A stretch of 37,760 nt of DNA from Candidatus Latescibacterota bacterium (GTDB taxonomy: Bacteria > Latescibacterota > UBA2968), in assembly GCA_038279365.1 (NCBI GenBank), contig JAYODI010000059.1, forward strand, positions 1-37,760. The letters are read 5' to 3'. This document shows positions 18,942-28,752 of this stretch, piece by piece; the stretch's first letter is position 1, and every line of letters starts with the position of its first letter. The position numbers and the translations under genes were made by a program. Under the pieces are notes generated by a model. It had not been told where the DNA came from. It ran no database searches and saw only the letters and a program-made list of their open reading frames with translations.

Positions 18942-19931
18942 TTATGCTTTGGGGTGAAGAATTGCCGCCAGTTTTTCGGCGTCTATGCTGCCACCGCTAA
19001 GCACACAAACCGAAAGGCCACGTTGGGACTTGGGGAGTTGCAATGCTGCTGCCAATGCGAGGGCGCCAGAACCTTCCGCGATGAGTTTGTTTTTGAGGGC
19101 CAGTTGGCGAATGGCCTGTTTGACTGCGTCGTCTGATACGGTGACAACCTCGTCGAGTACGTTTTTGAGTAGGGGATACATTTCGTCTACAATAATGGGC
19201 ACGGCGGTACCGTCACAAATGGAAGGTTTGGCCTCGATCCACCCACCGGCATCGCGTTTGAAGCAGGCAGATAGTGTGGCACAGTTTTCAGATTGGACGG
19301 CAATGATTTTGGCTTTGGATTGTGCGGCTTTGATGGCACTGCCCACACCCGCAATGAGTCCACCCCCGCCAACGGGCACAAAGATGGATGTGACTTGGGG
19401 CATGTCGTTTAGCACTTCAAGGCCAAGTGTGCCGTGACCTGAAACCAGGTGGGGTTCACCCCACGGATTGAGGTAGGCATAGGGTTCGTTGCGCCAGTGT
19501 TCTTCGAGCATAAAGGCCAATAAATCGGGAAAGGGCAGTTTGATCGGCTCGACGCCATAAGATGTGATGGCGTCGAGTTTGTTTTGGGGGATTGTATCTG
19601 GCAATAGGGTGCGGGCAGGCACATCAAAAAGACGGGCCACATAACCCAGTGCCTGAGCGGTGTTGCCTGCACTGGTGGTGCTTAGACCTTTGGCACGCTC
19701 TTGGGGTGACAATGACGCGGCCCAGTTGAGCACGCCACGTAATTTGAATGAGCCAATGGGTTGGAGAACTTCGGGCTTGAGAAAGATGTTTGTTTTGGCT
19801 TTGTAACTGTGCAGAGGCACAAGCGGGGTACGCACAACGTGTTTGGCAATGCGTGTGGCGGCCTGTTGAATGTTTGCAAGTGTGGGTTGGGCAACGGGGG
19901 CACCGCCCCAACCTGTGGGTCTGTGTGTCAT
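18942..19931 (-). CDS. Fold-type II PLP enzyme, serine/threonine dehydratase family (no regulatory domain)
   Basis: RTPL, KPEVLQPIGSFKLRG, SAGN, PVGGGGL, VLSGG. Confidence 0.88.
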   Translation of the reverse strand: MTHRPTGWGGAPVAQPTLANIQQAATRIAKHVVRTPLVPLHSYKAKTNIFLKPEVLQPIGSFKLRGVLNWAASLSPQERAKGLSTTSAGNTAQALGYVARLFDVPARTLLPDTIPQNKLDAITSYGVEPIKLPFPDLLAFMLEEHWRNEPYAYLNPWGEPHLVSGHGTLGLEVLNDMPQVTSIFVPVGGGGLIAGVGSAIKAAQSKAKIIAVQSENCATLSACFKRDAGGWIEAKPSICDGTAVPIIVDEMYPLLKNVLDEVVTVSDDAVKQAIRQLALKNKLIAEGSGALALAAALQLPKSQRGLSVCVLSGGSIDAEKLAAILHPKA

Positions 19932-20110
19932 GTGATTAATCCATATGTTGAATAGGAAAAATAGAGATCGAACGGAGATGGACAATATACGCGCTCAAAA
20001 AAGCATTGTCAGTGAAATTTTTAGAATCGGTCTCTTAACTGGATACATTTGGCTCATTTGGTGAGAGACCTAAAAGCCGGAAATCTTTTGTAATCATTGT
20101 GAATGACAAG

Positions 20111-20151
20111 AAAAAAAGCCCCTTATCTTAGATGATGATAAAGGGGCTTTT
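20111..20151 (-). terminator. Intrinsic terminator
   Basis: aaaagcccctt / aaggggctttt stem with U-tract. Confidence 0.75.
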
Positions 20152-20173
20152 GGTTTGAGAAACATTGTTGTTT

Positions 20174-21064
20174 TTATTTTAAATGTTTATTGAAGAAAGC
20201 AATGGTGCGTTCCCACGCGAGTTTGGCATTGGCTTCGTCGTAGCGGGGTGTGGTGTCGTTGTGGAAGCCGTGGTTGCAGTTTTCATACATATATTGGGTA
20301 TAGTCGATTTTTGCCTTTTTAAGGGCTTCTTCATAGGCGGGCCAACCTTCATTGATGCGGGTGTCTAAACCTGCGTTTTGAACCAAAATGGCGGCTTTGA
20401 TTTTGGGCACATCTTCTGAGGCTGGTTGGCGACCATAAAAGGGAACGGCAGCCTTAATGACATCGGGAATTTCAACGGCAAGGGTGTTGGCCATGCCCCC
20501 ACCAAAACAGAACCCCACCACACCCACTTTGCCATTGCTTTTGGGATGTGACTTGAGGTATTGTGCGGCGGCAATGAAGTCTTGGGTGACTTTGTTGCGG
20601 TCTAATTCACGTTGCATCGTACGGCCTTCGTCATCTGTACCGGGGTAGCCTCCCAATGGTGCAAGTGCGTCTGGACCCAAGGCTAAGAATCCTGCAACGG
20701 CTGTGCGCCGAACAACGTCTTCAACATAAGGATTAAGGCCACGGTTTTCGTGAATAACGAGCACTGCGGGCAATTTGCCTTCGGCTTTGGCGGGTTGGGC
20801 CAATAAGCCTTTTGTTTTTTCGTGACCTTTTGGAGAGGGGTATGATGTGTATTCGGTTTTGATGCGTTTGTCGTCTTTGGCCACTTGAGACGCAAATGCG
20901 TAATTGGGCATAAGGCTTTCAATTAAGGCGGTGGCAGTCATACCACCGACAGCGAATTTGGCGGCTTTTTCAAAAAAGGTACGGCGGTCCATTTGACCGT
21001 GTACGTAGCCATCAAAGAGACTGAGCAATTCGGGGTCATAATCGGCAGCGGTTCGGCGTTCCAT
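20174..21064 (-). CDS. Dienelactone hydrolase family protein (YghX-like)
   Basis: [15 protein letters not shown] nucleophile elbow, [11 protein letters not shown]; Tat-like DRRTFF; GAGG RBS supports start at 21064. Confidence 0.92.
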   Translation of the reverse strand: MERRTAADYDPELLSLFDGYVHGQMDRRTFFEKAAKFAVGGMTATALIESLMPNYAFASQVAKDDKRIKTEYTSYPSPKGHEKTKGLLAQPAKAEGKLPAVLVIHENRGLNPYVEDVVRRTAVAGFLALGPDALAPLGGYPGTDDEGRTMQRELDRNKVTQDFIAAAQYLKSHPKSNGKVGVVGFCFGGGMANTLAVEIPDVIKAAVPFYGRQPASEDVPKIKAAILVQNAGLDTRINEGWPAYEEALKKAKIDYTQYMYENCNHGFHNDTTPRYDEANAKLAWERTIAFFNKHLK

Positions 21065-21260
21065 ATGGTTTCCTCTCATGTATCTTCCGGCAAGCGGAAA
21101 GAGCGACAATGATAGAATGCCCCGGTGCATTCCCTGTTATTTGCCCGCGCAATGTACAAAATTTAATCAAAAGAACGAGTGTTTTTAATTGGGGTGACCC
21201 ATTGATCCATTTTTTTATTTATGCGGAAAGATAATGTTAACAAAGACATATTTTTATAAA

Positions 21261-21322
21261 AATAAAATACCTTTTTATTTTAGTATAAAATGAACTTTAA
21301 AAGTAAAAAAAGGTATTTTATT
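21261..21322 (-). terminator. AT-rich inverted repeat after clpP (probable terminator)
   Basis: 16-bp perfect inverted repeat aataaaataccttttt / aaaaaggtattttatt with a 30-nt spacer. Confidence 0.5.
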
Positions 21323-21328
21323 GGTTTG

Positions 21329-21916
21329 TTATTTGGGCAGGTCGTTGTAACTGCTGATGATGTGACTGATGAGTCCATATTCGACTGCTTCTTCGGGGGT
21401 GAACCAACGGTCGCGGTCGGTATCTTGAGCAATTTCTTCTACGGGTCGCCCTGTTTCTTTGGCGTAGAGTTCGTTGATTTTGGCGCGCAATTTGATGATT
21501 TGCTCAGCCCATCGTTTGATGTTTTCGGCGCTTGTGCCGGGGATGTTGCCCAAGGGTTGGTGAATCATAATGCGTGCATTGGGCAAGGCATAACGGTGTT
21601 CTTTGGGTGCGCCCAACATAATGACCGTGGCCGCGCTTGCAGATAAGCCGACATTAATGGTGCGCACAGGCGCTCGCACAAAGCGCAAAGCATCGTAAAT
21701 GGCAAAGCCATCGTCGGCACTGCCACCGGGTGAGTTGATGAGCACGTTAATGGGCTTTTGAGGATCTTCTTGATCCATTAAGAGCAAACTGGCCATGACG
21801 CGTTGGGTGAGTTTGCTGTCTACTTGCTGAGAGATGAGAATGGTGCGACTTTGATGCAACCCTTCTACGAGGAATTCACTGCTTGTTTTGGTTTCATCTT
21901 TTTCATCGGCTTTCAT
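21329..21916 (-). CDS. clpP: ATP-dependent Clp protease proteolytic subunit (divergent paralogue)
   Basis: INSPGGS, GLSASAA (Ser), MIHQP (His), DRDRWF (Asp); AGGAGG RBS. Confidence 0.92.
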   Translation of the reverse strand: MKADEKDETKTSSEFLVEGLHQSRTILISQQVDSKLTQRVMASLLLMDQEDPQKPINVLINSPGGSADDGFAIYDALRFVRAPVRTINVGLSASAATVIMLGAPKEHRYALPNARIMIHQPLGNIPGTSAENIKRWAEQIIKLRAKINELYAKETGRPVEEIAQDTDRDRWFTPEEAVEYGLISHIISSYNDLPK

Positions 21917-22026
21917 ACGTCCTCCTGTATGGCTTATGCCTTTTATCGTTTGTTTTTATTTGGTAAGGGGTTGATGGGTGACAAAATGGCCCATAAAACG
22001 CGTGCCACCCAAAATCAAAATATGCA

Positions 22027-22632
22027 TTAGGCGGTCTCTTCAAGTGTGGTTGAAGCAGGTTTTAACACTTCGTCAATGAGGCCATATTCTAAGGCTTCGT
22101 CGGCAGACAAAAAGAAGTCGCGGTCGGCATCTTTGGCAACGCGCTCAAGTGGTTGTCCGGTCCGTTCGGCCAAAATTTTGGTAAGCCGTTCTCTGTGTAA
22201 AAGAATTTCATGCGCGTGGCGTTCAATGTCTGAGGCTTGCCCACCGGCACCGCCGATGGGTTGGTGCAATAAAATACGAGAGTTGGGCAATGCACGGCGT
22301 TGGCCTTTGGTGCCCCCTGCCAAAAGAACGGCACCCATCGAAAAGGCTTGGCCCACACAAACGGTTTCAACATCGTTGGGAATGTATTGCATGGTGTCGT
22401 AAATGGCCATTCCTGCCGTGATGCTGCCACCGGGGGAGTTGATGTAGAGGCGAATGGGCTTTTCGGGGGTTTCGGAGGTGCAAAAGAGCATTTGTGCAAT
22501 GACGAGGTTGGCAATTTCGTCATATATGGGGGTGCCAATAAAGATGATGTTGTCTCGCAAAAGACGTGAAAATATATCGTAGGCACGTTCGCCACGTCCG
22601 GTTTGTTCAAGTACGGTGGGCACCAAAGCCAT
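22027..22632 (-). CDS. clpP: ATP-dependent Clp protease proteolytic subunit (canonical)
   Basis: [48 protein letters not shown]. Confidence 0.95.
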   Translation of the reverse strand: MALVPTVLEQTGRGERAYDIFSRLLRDNIIFIGTPIYDEIANLVIAQMLFCTSETPEKPIRLYINSPGGSITAGMAIYDTMQYIPNDVETVCVGQAFSMGAVLLAGGTKGQRRALPNSRILLHQPIGGAGGQASDIERHAHEILLHRERLTKILAERTGQPLERVAKDADRDFFLSADEALEYGLIDEVLKPASTTLEETA

Positions 22633-22891
22633 AATGTAATTCCTTTTTGATTGTTTGATGTAAGATGGGAAGTTGTTCGCTAAAAACAAAGTTTGCACAA
22701 CTTTCGCAATGATAAATGCGAGTGTATTGCCGTTTGTGCATTTGGGCGTGTTTTCGCCACGTTTTTCGCCCTGCGACATTGCATACTTTTTGGCAAGTGG
22801 GGCAATAGGCTACCAAATAGCGCATTAAAAATAACCCTCGACTCTGATCCAGACAAGCTGTAAATGGCTTGTTTGGGTGATTTTGGCTGGA

Positions 22892-23650
22892 TTAATAATG
22901 GGGTACGGAGACAATGGCGCCCGATATTTGGGGAATGGAAATGTATGGACGTGTTTGGGTGTCACTTTGAAAGATTGGGGAGATATAGGCTTCAAGGCGT
23001 GTGATCTCCAATGCGCTTGTGAGCATATTGGTCGCTTGATCAGGACGCACAGCGGTTGGCAAGATGGGTGTTGGCGATATGGTTTCCATGTTTTCATCAA
23101 GCATTGGTTGGAGCCAGTTGTGCAATCTTTGTCGGGCAGAGTAGAGGCGGCTCTTGATGGTTTTGATGGGTAAGTGGGTTATTGTGGAGATTTCGCGTTG
23201 GGTGTGGCCTTTGATGTAGTATAAGTCTACCACCTGGTGCTCGTGTTTGGGCAGTTGATCGATGGCTTGGCGCACTTGATTGCGAAGATGTTTCCACTCA
23301 AATTGGATGTCGGGCTGTTCACCTAAGTGGCTTGCCAGTTCAAGGTTGTCAATGGAAATGCTTTCTATTTGTGTTCGGCGTGTGATGCGATTGCATTGGG
23401 TGTGCAAAATACTTTTAAGCCAGGTGGGAAAGGCACGTGGGTGTTGCAATTGATCGAGGTGTAACCACGCCGATAAAAAGGTTTCTTGAACGGTGTCGGG
23501 TATGAGGTTTGTATCGTTGAGTTTAGAGGCGGCTTGCCGAATGATAAAACTTTGAAAGCGATCTACCAGTTCGGCAAAAGCATCTTGGCGTTGTTCCAGT
23601 GGCAAAATGCTTGATTGAGCACGCAAGACAAGGGTCTCAAAGGATACCAT
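22892..23650 (-). CDS. ECF-type sigma-70 factor with C-terminal extension
   Basis: Region 2 AFAELV...DTVQETFLSAW...AFPTWL; region 4 AIDQLP...LYYIKGHTQREIS...TIKSRLYSARQRL; GGAG RBS before 23650. Confidence 0.9.
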   Translation of the reverse strand: MVSFETLVLRAQSSILPLEQRQDAFAELVDRFQSFIIRQAASKLNDTNLIPDTVQETFLSAWLHLDQLQHPRAFPTWLKSILHTQCNRITRRTQIESISIDNLELASHLGEQPDIQFEWKHLRNQVRQAIDQLPKHEHQVVDLYYIKGHTQREISTITHLPIKTIKSRLYSARQRLHNWLQPMLDENMETISPTPILPTAVRPDQATNMLTSALEITRLEAYISPIFQSDTQTRPYISIPQISGAIVSVPHY

Positions 23651-23811
23651 AATCATCTCCAGAGAATATGTTTTTAAAAGTGCTTCTAAATAGTAAAGAG
23701 CCAAAGCTGTAAAAAAGGTTGGTGGAAAAGCTTATTGAAATGTAGGGGATTTAGAAAAAAAATAAAGGGCTGGGTTTGTTGGGATTGGTTTCCGTTTCAC
23801 TATTGACAAAC

Positions 23812-23848
23812 AAAAAGGCCGTACATTTTTAAAATGTACGGCCTTTTT
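23812..23848 (-). terminator. Intrinsic terminator
   Basis: Perfect inverted repeat aaaaaggccgtacatttt / aaaatgtacggccttttt. Confidence 0.85.
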
Positions 23849-23866
23849 ATGGGAGGCTATGTGTGA

Positions 23867-25858
23867 TTAGACAAGTTCTGCAACAGGTGCTGTCACGGGC
23901 GTGTTGTCTTTTAATGCCAAGATATTTTGCACCACGGTTTGATAGTGGGCGCCCACAATGCACAGTTCAAATGCTTTGACCAGATGTTGTCCTGGAAATT
24001 GTGCCATTTCTTTTTTGGCTTCTAAGTAGTGGCGGGTCTTGTCATAAAGTTCACGTGCGTGATCTAAAGTAATGCTTCCTGTTTTTACGACTTGATGGGT
24101 TTTTTCTACAAATTCTTGCACTTCTTCTAAGGGCTTGTCTGTGCTATAACGCACCATCATTTCATGGGCAGAATGGGTCATTTGATGAAATTGTCTGATG
24201 CTTTGTTCATCCAATTCAATCACTTGGTTTTTGGTATTGGCCAGGGCTTTTTTCCAAAAAAGGTTTAGCTCTTTGGTTTCGAGGTGCAGGGCGTGGCGCA
24301 CTTTTTGATCGAGGCGATAGGCGTATTTGAGAAGTCCGAAATATTCGCGATCTAAAAAGCCATCGCGCCCTTTGAGGCCTTGGTCTATGAGAAAGCGAAT
24401 CACGCCTAATTTTTCGTCGGTACCAACTGATTTACCTCGAAAAATGTGCATGTCCACGCGGTCTAAAACGCTTTGCGCACGTTTGTAAAGGGCTTTGCGA
24501 TTAAAGAGCTCACTCAAGATATGACGAAACCCATCTTGCAAATGATCGTGCCCCATGACGGGTGTAAATTGAAGGCTTTCGTCAATGTTGTTGGTTGGGT
24601 CATGGCCTTCAATAAGACGCCCAGCTTCTTTGAGTTCGACATACAACGGCGTATGTGGCATGGGCGTGAGTTTGCCTGTCATAGAAGAGAAGATGCCATT
24701 GTCTTTAACAAAGTCTACAATCAGATCTGCGGTTTGGCGTGTATCACCATCGGTGCCATAAATAAACCCTGCAAAAACCTCAATGCCGTGTTTTTGCAAT
24801 CTTTCAACGGTGACTTGTGGATCGGTTTTGATGTTTTGGGTTTTGTTCATGCCTTTTAACGTGGCTGGGTCTGGGCTTTCGATGCCCAAAAAGACAGAGG
24901 TGAAACCCGCTTGGCGCATCAGCCCCATGAGGTGTGCCAAAGAATCTTTGCCCAAGTCGATGCTGGCTTGAGTAAAAAACGTAAAAGGATAGTTGTTGTT
25001 GCGCTGAAACTTAATCATGCCTTGCAAGATTTCTTGCATCGCAATGGGCTCAGAAACAAAGTTGTCATCTACGGTAAAGATGCCACCGCGAAAACCCGTG
25101 TCGTAAATGGCTTGCAACTCTTGTTCTACTGCAGACTGATTTTTGGCGCGTGCAAACCCGCCATTAAATTGAACGATGTCGCAAAATGTACACCGAAAGC
25201 GACAACCTGCGGTGGTTTGAATCATGAGTGCGCGATAATCTTTGACATTGAGCAAATCCCATCGGGGCAAGGGCAGGTTATCAAGGGGTTTAAAAATTGT
25301 TTTGTCGCGCAAATAATCGCGAGAACCCGAAGGTTCTTCAAGAACGCGCTCAGGAATAAAGAGCTTGGGTTCTGCTTCACTGTGAGTGGGATGGTCTTCT
25401 AAGGCCTGAAGCAGATGAGGAATCCACGGTTGTGATTCGCCCCATACAAGAATGTCGAGGCCTTTGTATAAGACGTGATCGGATTCTGTTTGTGGGTCTA
25501 AGATGGTGTCGCGATAAGTTGAGGCCATAGGGCCACCGAGTACCCAAGGGGTGTCCGTTCCTTGGGCGGGGCCTGCAAGCAACTCGACCAGAGAGTCGCG
25601 TTGGATATTCATGCCACTGGCAAATACGGCATCGGCATCTTGTATTTTTTGATGAAGTATTTCTGCTGGTAATTTTTCAACGTTGAGATCGACCAGTTCG
25701 AGATCCCACTCGTCTTTTGGCAGTTGGGCTGCAAAGGTGAGCAACCCAAGGGGGGGGAATGTGGCTTTTCTTTTGACATAATGGACAATGTGTTTGTAAC
25801 TCCAAAAAGAATCGGCCGGAAACTCTGGTGCAATCAGTAAGCCTTTTTTTGTTGGCAT
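23867..25858 (-). CDS. Cobalamin-binding radical SAM protein (DUF4070-type C-terminus)
   Basis: SFWS...PPLGLLT B12-binding domain, GGP, GCRFRCTFC (CxxxCxxC), VDDNF, VFLGIESP. Confidence 0.9.
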   Translation of the reverse strand: MPTKKGLLIAPEFPADSFWSYKHIVHYVKRKATFPPLGLLTFAAQLPKDEWDLELVDLNVEKLPAEILHQKIQDADAVFASGMNIQRDSLVELLAGPAQGTDTPWVLGGPMASTYRDTILDPQTESDHVLYKGLDILVWGESQPWIPHLLQALEDHPTHSEAEPKLFIPERVLEEPSGSRDYLRDKTIFKPLDNLPLPRWDLLNVKDYRALMIQTTAGCRFRCTFCDIVQFNGGFARAKNQSAVEQELQAIYDTGFRGGIFTVDDNFVSEPIAMQEILQGMIKFQRNNNYPFTFFTQASIDLGKDSLAHLMGLMRQAGFTSVFLGIESPDPATLKGMNKTQNIKTDPQVTVERLQKHGIEVFAGFIYGTDGDTRQTADLIVDFVKDNGIFSSMTGKLTPMPHTPLYVELKEAGRLIEGHDPTNNIDESLQFTPVMGHDHLQDGFRHILSELFNRKALYKRAQSVLDRVDMHIFRGKSVGTDEKLGVIRFLIDQGLKGRDGFLDREYFGLLKYAYRLDQKVRHALHLETKELNLFWKKALANTKNQVIELDEQSIRQFHQMTHSAHEMMVRYSTDKPLEEVQEFVEKTHQVVKTGSITLDHARELYDKTRHYLEAKKEMAQFPGQHLVKAFELCIVGAHYQTVVQNILALKDNTPVTAPVAELV

Positions 25859-26009
25859 TTTACGGTACCTCTTTTATTTGTCGTCGAGAACGAACCTGTT
25901 CAAGACGCATAACTTTACAATCTACCAAGCGTTCACGATATAACGAAAATGAGACAATGATTGAATATAAGACAGGGATGGGCATTAGGATATGAAAATC
26001 TGGCAAGGT

Positions 26010-27986
26010 TTAGTTCACAATAAGAATAGGATACGGTGTCGTGAGGGATAAGGATGGAGGCTTTTGTTCGCCATTTATTAGGTTATAGACTTGTGTGTTT
26101 TTGTTTACCATATTTTGAGGTATGGATAAGGTGTCATTTGTAGGGATGATAAGGGTCAGCTTGCGCGTGGATGATTCTAATTGATAGGCGTGATTAAGAG
26201 AATTTAGAGACACATCTGTGCGGTAATAATCTTGATGGTGTTGGGGGCTAAATAGGAGCGTGTTGAGGCAACGCAAGGTGTGAAAGGCCGGGCGAGGGTT
26301 GCAAAGTGGGTCAAGAAGGCCATAAATGGCATCCATTGTGCGATCTAAGTCGTTAAGTGGGGCAATGAACAACTTGGATTTGGGCATTTGTGCAATGGCA
26401 AAGCAGGCTTCGGCTATGCGGATGGCATTTGCCACATCGTCTTGGGTGGTCAGTTCGACAGATAAGTCGATGTGAGAAATGTGTGAATGCTTTTGGAGGG
26501 CTGGGAGGCTGTCACAAGGTGATTCATTGGGTGGAATCCGACACAATACGCGGTGAAGGTGAACGTTTTGCGCTTGAAGGGCGCTGTTGAGCGATGTGAG
26601 TTCATCTGTTGTGTAGCCCATACGTGTACGCAAATGCTGTTTTCCGGGTACGCGTTCATTTGAAATGATGGGGCAAAGGGATATTTCTGCCTGTTCCATA
26701 CAGAGCTTGAGTGTGTGAAACATATCGGGTGACGGAATCGAAACGCCAGGCAGTTGCACTTCCCAGGTTTGAACCATGTCCGTATGGGTTTGTATGAATT
26801 CGGGCAATGCGTTTATGCGCGGCTCTAAGAAGGTTGCTGTAAGTGTTATGCCTTCCGATTTGAGCATTTGGAGGCGGGTGCGCAAAAAAGGGTTGAGCAA
26901 ATCGCGCCAAGGAAAGCGCACCGATGTGGCACCCAATTCAATGGCCGATAAAAAGAGAAGGTCATTGCGCACGGGGGTGCGCACTGCAGATGGATAGGCG
27001 AGAGGTACTTCACCTGTGGGTGTAATGGGGTGGTTTAAGGTGAGGCCAATGGGGGATGTGGGTAAGCTTGCCGATGTGCAACTGATGAAGCGGTTGTGTG
27101 GCGATTGGGTTTCTGCGCCATGTGTGCGAATGAAATGGGCATCTGTACGGTCTTTAAAGACCCGCATCAAATAAAACCCCAGTTTGTTTGTGTCGTCTCG
27201 CCCGCGTTCGGGTGGGGGGGCACTGGCAAAGAGGTGACCAAAGCCTGGGCGTGTAAAGGCTGGTGATGGCGCAATGAGATAACGCGATGTACCAATGTGA
27301 TCATAAAAGGGGTAGTGCACATGGCCTGAAAAAACGAGTTCCATGTTGTTTTCTACAATGTGTGTATACAGGCGATCTCTGTCGGGTGGGTTGATGTTGT
27401 CGTAGTGGCCTAAGCCGGGTTCGTTGATGTTATTGAGATATAAGGGAAGGTGAAAGAAAAGGTATTTGCGCTTGTTTTTGTGCGCGTGTAAGTCTTGTTC
27501 AAACCATTCCCATTGGGTTTGTGTTTCGGGCAAGTTGGCGTTGAATATTTGTGAGTTGAGCACGATAAAATGACAATCTTGGTGATCAAAGCTGTACCAC
27601 GATGGGCCAAATTGTTCGTGATAAAAGGCAAGCGATTGGGCATTTGTGGGGTGTGTGGGCATGGTGGCATCGGTTTTGTCTCCGACATCGTGATTGCCCG
27701 CAACATGGTGGGGAAACACACCACAGCGCTTGAGTTGGGCTTGGGCTTCTTGGATGGCTGGCGTGAAGTTTGGCGTTTCTGGGTATTCTTGTACCAGATC
27801 GCCTAAGTGTATGACAAAGGCAGGGTTGAGGGCCGATATCTGTTGGAGAGTGATTTCTGCGCGCTGTGTTTGTTTGCGCCGCGACTCAAATTCGAGGGGC
27901 TGGTCACCCACGTCGCGCATGTAGTGTGTGTCGGAAAGGACCACAAATTCGAATTGGGCAGGTGGCAGGTGAGATTTGTCAAACAT
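26010..27986 (-). CDS. Calcineurin-like metallophosphoesterase with large C-terminal domain
   Basis: SDTH, HLGD, AGNHD, FFH, SGHVH motifs in the first ~290 aa. Confidence 0.85.
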   Translation of the reverse strand: MFDKSHLPPAQFEFVVLSDTHYMRDVGDQPLEFESRRKQTQRAEITLQQISALNPAFVIHLGDLVQEYPETPNFTPAIQEAQAQLKRCGVFPHHVAGNHDVGDKTDATMPTHPTNAQSLAFYHEQFGPSWYSFDHQDCHFIVLNSQIFNANLPETQTQWEWFEQDLHAHKNKRKYLFFHLPLYLNNINEPGLGHYDNINPPDRDRLYTHIVENNMELVFSGHVHYPFYDHIGTSRYLIAPSPAFTRPGFGHLFASAPPPERGRDDTNKLGFYLMRVFKDRTDAHFIRTHGAETQSPHNRFISCTSASLPTSPIGLTLNHPITPTGEVPLAYPSAVRTPVRNDLLFLSAIELGATSVRFPWRDLLNPFLRTRLQMLKSEGITLTATFLEPRINALPEFIQTHTDMVQTWEVQLPGVSIPSPDMFHTLKLCMEQAEISLCPIISNERVPGKQHLRTRMGYTTDELTSLNSALQAQNVHLHRVLCRIPPNESPCDSLPALQKHSHISHIDLSVELTTQDDVANAIRIAEACFAIAQMPKSKLFIAPLNDLDRTMDAIYGLLDPLCNPRPAFHTLRCLNTLLFSPQHHQDYYRTDVSLNSLNHAYQLESSTRKLTLIIPTNDTLSIPQNMVNKNTQVYNLINGEQKPPSLSLTTPYPILIVN

Positions 27987-28165
27987 AAAAGATTTCCGTC
28001 ACGTCGTGTCAGCAAAACAATAGCCCTGATTTTTCAGGGCTATTTTCAGGTGCAGTTGTTTGGGTGTGATGATTTAGGATCTGTGATAAAATAACTTCTG
28101 AAGTTGAGAAAAAGAGAAAAGGGAGAAGAGAACGTGTGATGGTTTTTTTGTCTTTTTTCTTCTTC

Positions 28166-28606
28166 CTATTGGTTGGCACCTTCTTCTTTTTCTTTTTTCC
28201 ATTCGGCAATTTTTTCATCTGCTTTATGGCGCAGTTCACGGCCCTTGTCGGGGGTTGGATCTTTGACAATGCCGTAAATTTGTCGGCCTTCGTGATCTTC
28301 GGGCAAATATTCTGTAATGGGATTACCATCAGGGGCCACAAAAAGAAGACAGTGACAATACTTAAATATTTTCATTTCATCGCAGGCACATACCCATTCG
28401 CGGCTGCGTTCGAGTTCGGCGGCTTTGTCGGGATAAAAGTTGCAGGGGCACAACGGGCGACCCACTTCGTCGATGTGTTGTGCCAAACCATTGATCACGG
28501 TTGTTGTAACGTCTTTGATGGGGTGGGGCGATGTGCCTGTTTTTTCCCAATATTTTTCGGTGTAAATTTGCATCCTGTTTAAACTTTTTTCCGATGGTTC
28601 GCTCAT
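28166..28606 (-). CDS. Ferredoxin-thioredoxin reductase catalytic subunit
   Basis: GRPLCPC, WVCAC, YCHCLLF cysteine motifs; GGAGGTGA RBS supports start MSEPSEK at 28606. Confidence 0.9.
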   Translation of the reverse strand: MSEPSEKSLNRMQIYTEKYWEKTGTSPHPIKDVTTTVINGLAQHIDEVGRPLCPCNFYPDKAAELERSREWVCACDEMKIFKYCHCLLFVAPDGNPITEYLPEDHEGRQIYGIVKDPTPDKGRELRHKADEKIAEWKKEKEEGANQ

Positions 28607-28656
28607 GTAAACTTCACCTCCAGCCATACAATTCAAGGGTTGATCTGTTGATTAAC

Positions 28657-28684
28657 ATGGTAATCAAAGTGGTGGGTTTGTCAA
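28657..28684 (-). promoter_or_regulatory. Sigma-70 promoter of the FTR gene
   Basis: TTGACA-N16-TACCAT. Confidence 0.55.
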
Positions 28685-28694
28685 CCCCATATAT

Positions 28695-28726
28695 AAAGCG
28701 CCCCAACCAAGAGGCTGGGGCGCTTT
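28695..28726 (-). terminator. Intrinsic terminator
   Basis: aaagcgcccca / tggggcgcttt. Confidence 0.7.
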
Positions 28727-28752
28727 GTTATTTTTAAATCTGCAGGTGTTTT

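Noticed and set aside
21990-22010. TGGCACG sigma-54-like -24 element between the clpP genes
   Set aside because: The -12 position reads TTAT rather than TTGC; better explained as one arm of a GGGTGGCA/TGTCACCC hairpin.
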